Shown: positions 29,947-36,861 of the stretch, one piece after another
Layout: every line of letters starts with the position of its first letter
Numbering within the stretch: position 1 is the first letter of the stretch
From: Thermoanaerobaculia bacterium
GTDB taxonomy: Bacteria; Acidobacteriota; Thermoanaerobaculia; Multivoradales; UBA5704
Length of the DNA: 56,302 nt
Direction of reading: 5' to 3'
Assembly: GCA_044226625.1 (NCBI GenBank)
Contig: JBGAGQ010000040.1
Coordinates: forward strand, 1-56,302
Made by a program: the position numbers and the translations under genes
Notes under the pieces: generated by a model
Seen by the model: only the letters and a program-made list of their open reading frames with translations
Database searches by the model: none
Told to the model about the DNA's origin: nothing

Positions 29947-31368
29947 ATGAGCGATAGCGCGAACGACACGAACTATGTCCTCCCCCACGAGTTCCACGAG
30001 TTCCAGCGCGAGGACCTCTACCTCTTCTTGGATCCCGTCAGCTTCAGCTGGTATCAAACCGATCGGCTCGGTAAATGCGTGATCGACGGCCTCACCAACG
30101 GCGGCAGCCTCCGGAGCGCCGCGCAGGAGGTCTCGGCCTTCGCCCGTGCGCCGATTGAGGACGCCGAGGACTACTCGCTGCGCGCGATCGAGCAGTTGCT
30201 CGCGATCGGCTTCCTCCATCGCGGCGAATATCACCCGCGCACCTTCGGTACCGGCGTCTCGAAGAGTCCGTTCATCCTCTACGTTCACATGACCGCGCGG
30301 TGCAACCTCAAGTGCCCCTACTGCTACAACCAGGAGCATCGCCACGAAATCCGCAGCAAGCCGCTCGGCACGTTCCAGCAGTTCGCCCACCTGATCGACG
30401 AGGCCAAGGAGATCGGCTTCGGCGAGATCAAGCTCACCGGCGGCGAAGCGCTGCTCAACAGGGACACCCTTCCGCTCGCTCGGCACGCGCGCGAACGCGG
30501 CCTCTGGGTCAACCTCTTAACCAACGGGACGCTGGTTAAAGAGGACAACGCGAAAGAGATCGTCGCCGCTGTCGACTCCGTCTCCTTGAGCCTCGATAGC
30601 GTGCACCCCGAAGAGCACGACGCGGTTCGCGGCAAAGGGACTTGGATGCAAGTCCTCGATGCGATCCACCTGCTTCGCGACGCGGGCTTGAAGATGCTCC
30701 ATCTGAACTCGGTCGTCACCCCGATCAACAAAGACTCTATCGAGGACTTCTTGAGCTTCGCCTGGGACGAGATGAAAGCCCAGAAAGTGACGCTCGCGCC
30801 AACCGGGATCGACGTCAGCGATCCGACCACTCGCTGGGGAGCCAAGAAGCATCAGCTCTCGCCCGATGAAATGTGGGAGGTCTATCAATCGCAGCGGCGC
30901 TTCCGCGATCGGAAAGCTGCGGAGCGCCCGCCGACGTTCGCACGCGACAGCATCCGCCGGACCCAGTGCGGCGTCGGCAACGGCCTCGTGAGCGTCGACT
31001 CCAACGGCGACCTCTACCCTTGCCAGACGATGCACCTGCCCGAGATGCTCTGCGGCAACGTCTTTGAGACCAGCCTCCGCCAGGTCATCGAGACCTCCGA
31101 CCTCCTCGCCAACGCGCGGACCATGACCGTCGAGCGCCTCGACGACTGCCCGACCTGTCCGATGCGCTACGTCTGCAGCGGCGGCTGCCGCATGGAGGCC
31201 TATAGCCGCGAGGGGAGGCTCAACGCAAGGAATCGCGACCTCTGCCCGCTCTTCTTCAACCAATCGCTCGACAAGCTCTGGATGTCGGCGAACCTGCCGG
31301 TCGATCAAGCGTCGCAGCCAGCCGCGGAGCGCGGGGTTCCGCTGGATTTCTTTGAGTCGTACGCCTGA
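29947..31368 (+). CDS. Radical SAM/SPASM peptide maturase with a probable N-terminal RRE (PqqD-like) domain
   Basis: GAGGAG RBS. CNLKCPYC, LTGGEALL, LLTNG, LSLDS...HD.VRG.G. SPASM CGVG...VDSNGDLYPC...CPTCPMRYVCSGGC...C. About 90-aa N-terminal extension with a 3-strand/3-helix-like pattern. Confidence 0.93.
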   Translation: MSDSANDTNYVLPHEFHEFQREDLYLFLDPVSFSWYQTDRLGKCVIDGLTNGGSLRSAAQEVSAFARAPIEDAEDYSLRAIEQLLAIGFLHRGEYHPRTFGTGVSKSPFILYVHMTARCNLKCPYCYNQEHRHEIRSKPLGTFQQFAHLIDEAKEIGFGEIKLTGGEALLNRDTLPLARHARERGLWVNLLTNGTLVKEDNAKEIVAAVDSVSLSLDSVHPEEHDAVRGKGTWMQVLDAIHLLRDAGLKMLHLNSVVTPINKDSIEDFLSFAWDEMKAQKVTLAPTGIDVSDPTTRWGAKKHQLSPDEMWEVYQSQRRFRDRKAAERPPTFARDSIRRTQCGVGNGLVSVDSNGDLYPCQTMHLPEMLCGNVFETSLRQVIETSDLLANARTMTVERLDDCPTCPMRYVCSGGCRMEAYSREGRLNARNRDLCPLFFNQSLDKLWMSANLPVDQASQPAAERGVPLDFFESYA

Positions 31369-33086
31369 TGAGCTTCAAGGCGACATTCCGCGACCTCCGC
31401 TCGGGGCTGCGGCTGCTCGGCCGCTTCCGCCATCATCGGCGCAAGGCCGCGCTGGTGATGGCCCTCGGCGCGATTTCGAGCGCTCTTCAGCTCGCGCTGC
31501 CCCTCAGCAGCATCGTGATCTTCAACCAGGCACTGCCGAACCGCGACGTGCGGCTGCTTGCTGAGCTCGGCCTCGGGCTCGCGCTGGTCACCGCGCTGTC
31601 GCTCGTCACCGGATACTGGGAGTCCGCCCTGGGGACGGTGCTCAGGGAACGCCTCTCCCTGGAGCTCCAACGGGATACCTTCGAACAGGTCCAGCACCTG
31701 CCGATCGCATTCTTCAAGTCCCACGACTCCGGCTATCTGCTTGGGAGGATGATCAACGACGCCGAGAGCGCGGTCGATTTCCCCGCAGGGCTGACGTCGC
31801 TCGGCCGCAACCTGGTCTGGCTCGGTGCGGCGCTCCTGCTCGTGCCCGTGATGAACCCGATCATCGGGCTCGTGACCGCCCTCGCAATCCCGCTCTACGT
31901 CGCGCTCCTCATTTCCTACAACCGGCGGATCAAAGAGCGCTTCGCGAGCGTCCAGGAGAAGACCGCACGGGTCTCGCGCGATCTCTTTGAGTCCCTCACC
32001 GGCATCTTCGAGACCAAAGCCAACACCCGCGAGCGCCCCCGCGCCCGCTTCTATGTACACGCCCTCGCCGACAAGATGCGCAGCCTGGTCGCCGGGCGCA
32101 TCGTCATGATCCTAGCCAACAACGCGACCCAGGCCGTGGTCGCGCTGGTCTCCCTCTTCATGCTCATCTACGGCGGAGCCGCGGTCATCCGCGGGACGCT
32201 CACGCTCGGCGAGCTCGTGGCCCTAAGCGCACTCGTCGGCTATCTCCTACTCCCGATCAATGGTCTGGTCCAACAGGCGTTCGTCATGCAGAGGTCGCTC
32301 GCCGCGATGGATCGGGTCGATGAGGTCCTCGCTCTAGCTCCAGAGCCGCGCGGCGGCGGGCTCCGGCCGCCTGGGCCCGCGCTTGGCAGAATCCACTTCG
32401 ACCGCGTCACCTTCGGCTATCCCGGAAGCGAACCGATCCTCCGCGAGGTTAGCTTCGATGTGGCGCCGGGAGAGACAGTGTTGTTCATCGGCCCGAGCGG
32501 AGAGGGCAAGAGCAGCCTCATGTCGCTCCTCCCGCGCTTCGCGCAGCCGCTCAGTGGGGAGATCCTGCTCGACGGCGTGCCGATCGAGCGCTTCGACCTC
32601 ACCTGGCTGCGGCAGCAGATCGCGTTCGTCTCCCAAGAAACGTTTCTGTTCTCCGACTCGGTGTTCGACAACATCCGGGTCGGCCGCGTCGATGCGTCAC
32701 GCGCCGAAGTGCGCGAGGCGGCCCGGCTCGCGAATGCACTCGAGTTCATCGAAGAGCTCCCCCAAGGATTCGACACCCGCGTTGGGGAGCGTGGATGTCG
32801 GCTCTCGGGCGGCCAACGCCAACGGATTGCGATCGCGCGCGCACTGCTCAAACAGGCGCCGATCCTGGTGCTCGACGAGGCGACCTCCGCGGTCGATCTC
32901 CAAACCGAGTCGGCACTTTACGAGGCTCTCGAGAGACTGATCGAGGGGCGGACCACTCTGGTTGTCGCCCACCACGCTGAGGCCTTCCTCCAGCAGATCG
33001 ATCGCACGGTCGAGGTGCGCGACGGCCGGGTGCGGGAGATCGATTCGTTTCGCCCGTTCCCGCGAACCCTCGCGGTCGTCGGTTGA
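31368..33086 (+). CDS. ABC exporter, fused TMD-NBD, without C39 peptidase domain
   Basis: TM domain, Walker A GPSGEGKS, LSGGQRQRIAIARALL, LVLDEATS, VVAH. TGATG overlap with the rSAM gene. Confidence 0.92.
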   Translation: MSFKATFRDLRSGLRLLGRFRHHRRKAALVMALGAISSALQLALPLSSIVIFNQALPNRDVRLLAELGLGLALVTALSLVTGYWESALGTVLRERLSLELQRDTFEQVQHLPIAFFKSHDSGYLLGRMINDAESAVDFPAGLTSLGRNLVWLGAALLLVPVMNPIIGLVTALAIPLYVALLISYNRRIKERFASVQEKTARVSRDLFESLTGIFETKANTRERPRARFYVHALADKMRSLVAGRIVMILANNATQAVVALVSLFMLIYGGAAVIRGTLTLGELVALSALVGYLLLPINGLVQQAFVMQRSLAAMDRVDEVLALAPEPRGGGLRPPGPALGRIHFDRVTFGYPGSEPILREVSFDVAPGETVLFIGPSGEGKSSLMSLLPRFAQPLSGEILLDGVPIERFDLTWLRQQIAFVSQETFLFSDSVFDNIRVGRVDASRAEVREAARLANALEFIEELPQGFDTRVGERGCRLSGGQRQRIAIARALLKQAPILVLDEATSAVDLQTESALYEALERLIEGRTTLVVAHHAEAFLQQIDRTVEVRDGRVREIDSFRPFPRTLAVVG

Positions 33087-33097
33087 GGAGAGCGAAC

Positions 33098-33301
33098 ATG
33101 CAATGGCTCCAAACTCGCTACAGCGAAGGACAATATCGGCGCTCTCGCCGCTTCAAGTGCAACCTCTGCGGCATCACTCAGGAGATCCCCGCGAGCTCGA
33201 TCACGGAGCTCCCAGACGGCTGGCAGACGAGCGTCCACCAAGGCTGGCACGCCTGCCCGGGCTGCGGACAGAAGAAGCGCGCCGCCTTGCCCCTGGCGTG
33301 A
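33098..33301 (+). CDS. Small Zn-ribbon-like protein (67 aa; CNLC...CPGC)
   Basis: GAGGAG RBS overlapping the ABC stop, ATG 33098, two CxxC pairs with a LPDGW spacer motif. Confidence 0.7.
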   Translation: MQWLQTRYSEGQYRRSRRFKCNLCGITQEIPASSITELPDGWQTSVHQGWHACPGCGQKKRAALPLA

Positions 33302-33726
33302 GCAGCTGCGACCACGACTGGGCTTCCCAGGGTATGGCTCGCGGATTTTTACCCGGGTCCCAAGATCTGCGAGCTATACGCAGACCGCCATCAGCTCTTC
33401 GAAACCTTCGCGTTTCTTCGCCTAGCTAGCTCCTATTGCGGAAGTCGACGCGCTGGATCTGCGCGAGGAAGGGCGGGCTGGGGGCGTCTACCAGAAGCCG
33501 TGATTCGGCCGCCCACGCGGCTTCACCGTCAGGGGGGGTAGGCGATCTCTCTCGGAGCTCGGATTCTCACCGCCGCAGAAGCATCAGGAATCGCCGCAAA
33601 TCGCCATCCGTCTCGCCAAGCGGCGCCACGGCTCCGATCACGGCATGCGTCGTCGGTGGAGCGACATCAGCGTATCGATCGCCGACTCACGACGCGGATC
33701 CCGTAAATCCACGCCCGCTAGCGGTT

Positions 33727-33908
33727 TTACGTCCCGGAATCGGAATTACCGTCCCAGGAAAGGAATTTTCCGTCCCAGAATCCGAAATTCCGTCCCGAAA
33801 CGGGATTTTCGGTCCCAGAACGGGAACATCCGTCCCAGCATCTGAATTCTCGGTCCCAGAATAGGAATTCACGTCCCGGAATGGGAGTATCCGTCCCAGA
33901 ATCGGAGC
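33727..33908. repeat. Degenerate tandem array, 9 copies of a 20-21 bp unit (approx. CGTCCCAGAATCGGAATTTC)
   Basis: GTCCC core at 33731, 33751, 33772, 33792, 33812, 33832, 33853, 33873 and 33893 (spacings 20,21,20,20,20,21,20,20). Confidence 0.9.
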
Positions 33909-34135
33909 TGCGGCAAGCGAAAATGGAGCCTCGGGCCCGCAAATGGACCTGGCGCGCCAGATTTGCGTATCGGTTCTCGATCAGCGCTTCCGGCCTGCGA
34001 TCAAAGCTTGTCGCCGTGGTTCGGGTCTCGCGGTCGGCGCCAAACCATCGTCACCTCGCTCGCACGCGACGACTGGCCGGGCAAACTATGGAGGAGCGAT
34101 CCCGACGCGCTCCAGCAGGTGGAGGACCAACACCG

Positions 34136-34546
34136 CTACCAGTAAGACTTCACGTCCAACGCTTTCATCCTGCGTCGGAGCTTTCCGTCGAAAGTCGCGA
34201 TCGCGTCCGCGCGCAAACCGCGGCTCGTTGCAACTACAACAGCGTCGGCGAAGGTGGGGACCGCAGCCGGCCACAGAGCGAGAACCTCAGACCACGAGAC
34301 ATCGTTTATCGGTTCCGCTCCGGCCAGAGCCAGCAGATCGGTGAGGATTGCAGCAGCCTCGCCGGCTGAGACGTCGTAGAGGTTCTGGAGAACGTAGACC
34401 ATTTCCGAAAGAACGACCTGGGGCAGGAGGATTCGGTGCTTGCCCTCGGCGGCAGCCGAGATCAATTCGGAAACCTGAGCCTGCTGCTGCGGCGACCGGT
34501 CGGTCAGGAAAGAGACGAGAGCGTTGGTGTCGAGGACGACTCTCAT
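34136..34546 (-). CDS. vapC: PIN-domain (VapC-like) toxin
   Basis: MRVVLDTNALV, VLSEMVYVL, FADA, ATFD give the acidic PIN tetrad. Confidence 0.88.
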   Translation of the reverse strand: MRVVLDTNALVSFLTDRSPQQQAQVSELISAAAEGKHRILLPQVVLSEMVYVLQNLYDVSAGEAAAILTDLLALAGAEPINDVSWSEVLALWPAAVPTFADAVVVATSRGLRADAIATFDGKLRRRMKALDVKSYW

Positions 34547-34547
34547 G

Positions 34548-34784
34548 TCATCCCGGCTCGGTTCCACGGATTCGGCGCGCGCGTTCGATATCCTCGACCG
34601 GAGAGCCCGGCCCCACCCGAACCGATCCCCGCCGATTCAAAAACGACGAACCGGCGGCGGAGACCCGAACACCTCCAGATACGACCTCCCAAGTAAGCAC
34701 GTCCCCCGATCCGACGCCCAAGCGTTCGCGGATCTCTCGCGGCACCGTGGTCTGATTCTTCGAGGTGATCGCCGACTGTGCCAT
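34548..34784 (-). CDS. AbrB/MazE/SpoVT-family antitoxin
   Basis: AAGGAGG RBS. ITSKNQTTVPREIRERLGV..GD.L.W. Ends 1 nt before the PIN start. Confidence 0.9.
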   Translation of the reverse strand: MAQSAITSKNQTTVPREIRERLGVGSGDVLTWEVVSGGVRVSAAGSSFLNRRGSVRVGPGSPVEDIERARRIRGTEPG

Positions 34785-34791
34785 TGCGTCC

Positions 34792-34820
34792 TCCTTACGG
34801 AAGCGAGAGTTCCGTAAGGA
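34792..34820. promoter_or_regulatory. Probable toxin-antitoxin operator palindrome
   Basis: TCCTTACGGAA-N7-TTCCGTAAGGA, perfect 11-bp IR. Overlaps the RBS and a minus-strand TATCCT -10-like hexamer. Confidence 0.7.
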
Positions 34821-34898
34821 TAGCGTCCGCCCGGAGACGGCGTCAAAGAGGGTACCGAGAGGAGCAAAACGAACAAAAACGGCCGGGGAGAGAAGCCG

Positions 34899-34973
34899 TG
34901 GTATCCCCAACGGGACTCGAACCCGTGTTACCGCCTTGAAAGGGCGATGTCCTAACCTCTAGACGATGGGGAC
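34899..34973 (-). tRNA. tRNA-Glu (anticodon TTC), CCA encoded
   Basis: Minus strand GTCCCCATCGTCTAGAGGTTAGGACATCGCCCTTTCAAGGCGGTAACACGGGTTCGAGTCCCGTTGGGGATACCA folds as a cloverleaf with a GTTCGA T-loop and CTTTCAA anticodon loop. Confidence 0.97.
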
Positions 34974-35176
34974 GGAAAGACCGGGCGGCAAAGAACTCAC
35001 CCGTACAGGCAAATGATAGCACAGGCTGGCGGCTGGGGTTCCGTACACAATTCGATGGGCGCGAGCTCACGGGTGGTGCGGGTCAGATCACCGGTGATCG
35101 GAGCCGCGCCCTCGGGGAGCGCGACCTCGGCGGCGGGACGCGCTCCGCCCACCGTCTTCGCGCTACGTCGCCGTCC

Positions 35177-36727
35177 TTATAGATACCCGAGCGACTTGAG
35201 CAGCGCCCGCGTCTCGTCGTCCATGTCGCGCCCCTGGGTTTCGGCGCAGGTGGCGGGCACTTGGGTGTCGGTCTCGGCGTTTAGATGCGGGGCGCGGTCC
35301 CAGGCCCAGAGCTCGCGCTTTAGGCGCTCGAGGTCGTCGGGGTACTTGTCGGCGACGTTGCGGGTTTCGCCCGGGTCGTTCTCCAGGTCGTAGAGGGTGA
35401 AGCGGATCCCCTCTCCGCCGATCCAGCGTTGCTCGGGACGGGTCTGGGCGAAGATCAGCTTGAACCGCTTGTCGCGGACGACCTTCTGCCACTTGTTGTC
35501 GGTCTCCCACCCCGATTCGGCGAACGCGAGACCGGCCGGGCGGACCCACGGATCGCTCTCCTTCCTCGCCGGCGTTGCGGGCACCTCGATGCCGCGCAGG
35601 CGCGCGGTGAGCGAATGCCCCTGGAGCGGCACGGAAGCCGGGACGGTTCCGCCGGCCGCTTCGAGCAGCGTCGGGGCGAGATCGACCAGCTCGACCGGAT
35701 CGCGGTCGACGCGGGGCCCGAGCACACCGGGATAGTGGACGATCAACGGCACGCGCAGGCAGGTCTGGAAGCTGAACCGGCCGTGGTCGAAGTAGTAGGC
35801 GTGCTCGCCGAGCGACTCGCCGTGGTCGGCGGTGAAGACGGTGAGGGTCTTCCCGAGCATCTGCCGCCGCTTCATTTCGTCGAGCAGGCGACCGATCTGG
35901 GAATCGTTGTAGGCGATCTCGGCGTCATAGCGGGCGCGGTAGAACGCGAGCTCGGTGTGCCCCTCGATCACTTGCTTCTGGCCGATCGCGGTCATCTGCT
36001 GGTTCGGCTTCGACACCACCTCGACCTTCTCGCTCGGATCGAAATGGGCGTCCCCCTGGAACTTGTTCGCCCACTCCCCCGGCGGGGTGTACGGCGCGTG
36101 CGGATCGAGGTAGTGCACCCAGAGGAACCAGGGCTTGCCCGATTTCGACGACTTTTGGAGCCGCTCGAGAAGCCCCTCGGCGAGCTTGGTCACCGCCTCG
36201 GCACCGTTCGGATCCTTGGTCGGATCGGCGGTTCCCCCGTGGTCGAGCTTCCAGGTCTCGATGTAGACGTCGAACCCCTGGTCGAAATGGAACTCGCTGC
36301 CGAGCGCGCCGTTCGCGACCACCGCGGCGGTCGCGTACCCCTGGCGCTGGAGGTTTTCGGCCAGCGTCGTGAACCTGCACGAGAGCGGCACGCCGACTTT
36401 CCGGACCATGCCGTTGTCCTTGGCGTAGGTCGAGGTGAACATCGACGCGAACGACGGCGTCGTCTTCGGCCATTGGACGCTCGCCTGGTCGAACCGGACG
36501 CCCTCCGCCGCCAGCCGATCGATCGTGGGCGAGGTCTGCCGCTCGTACCCCCACGCCGAGAGGTGGTCGGCGCGCAGGGTGTCGACCGTGATCAGGAGGA
36601 TGTTGCTCTTCGCCGGGAGCGGATCGATCTTCGGCGGGGCTTGCCTGCAGCCGGCGGCGAACGTCACGAGCCCCACGAGAGCGAGCGCAGATCGAAGAAC
36701 GGGCAAGCCGCGGTGGTGATGAGCCAT
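35177..36727 (-). CDS. Sulfatase/alkaline-phosphatase superfamily lipoprotein (Thr-type)
   Basis: Lipobox FAAGC. NILLITVDTLRADHL, KTTPSFASMFT, FLWVHYLDPHAPY, FTADHGE, VPLI, LYDL..DPGE..N, LKSLGY. Confidence 0.88.
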   Translation of the reverse strand: MAHHHRGLPVLRSALALVGLVTFAAGCRQAPPKIDPLPAKSNILLITVDTLRADHLSAWGYERQTSPTIDRLAAEGVRFDQASVQWPKTTPSFASMFTSTYAKDNGMVRKVGVPLSCRFTTLAENLQRQGYATAAVVANGALGSEFHFDQGFDVYIETWKLDHGGTADPTKDPNGAEAVTKLAEGLLERLQKSSKSGKPWFLWVHYLDPHAPYTPPGEWANKFQGDAHFDPSEKVEVVSKPNQQMTAIGQKQVIEGHTELAFYRARYDAEIAYNDSQIGRLLDEMKRRQMLGKTLTVFTADHGESLGEHAYYFDHGRFSFQTCLRVPLIVHYPGVLGPRVDRDPVELVDLAPTLLEAAGGTVPASVPLQGHSLTARLRGIEVPATPARKESDPWVRPAGLAFAESGWETDNKWQKVVRDKRFKLIFAQTRPEQRWIGGEGIRFTLYDLENDPGETRNVADKYPDDLERLKRELWAWDRAPHLNAETDTQVPATCAETQGRDMDDETRALLKSLGYL

Positions 36728-36861
36728 GTCGGAGGATTCCCGGGGAGTCATACGGATCGGCGCCCACGGCCATCCACCGGCCGCCGGGCGCCTCGAAGGA
36801 ACGCCGATCTTAGCCCAGGGCCGTCGGGAACGCCCCGGATCTCCGCACCGTCAGGCCCCGC

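Noticed and set aside
29193-30486. Minus-strand ORFs containing YWPPPLA.PQ repeats
   Set aside because: They are antisense shadows of precursors A2, A3 and the rSAM; the plus-strand ORFs have RBSs and match operon orientation.
29947-31368. Anaerobic sulfatase maturase serving the nearby sulfatase
   Set aside because: The sulfatase lacks the [CS]xPxR target motif, and the rSAM has an RRE-like extension and adjacent precursor peptides.
33300-33720. Possible pseudogene remnant on the minus strand
   Set aside because: Some protein-like stretches broken by stops, but no family could be recognised.
33727-33908. CRISPR array
   Set aside because: The period is only 20-21 bp, there are no unique 30-40 bp spacers, and there are no cas genes in the window.
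33687-33942. Short repetitive ORFs across the tandem array (SGTENS / SVPE repeats)
   Set aside because: The mostly 20-bp period shifts frame and there is no convincing RBS; these are by-products of the DNA repeat.
33960-34145. Possible remnant of a second toxin-like gene (…SLARDDWPGKLW…)
   Set aside because: Only a vague resemblance over a few residues, with no start or RBS.
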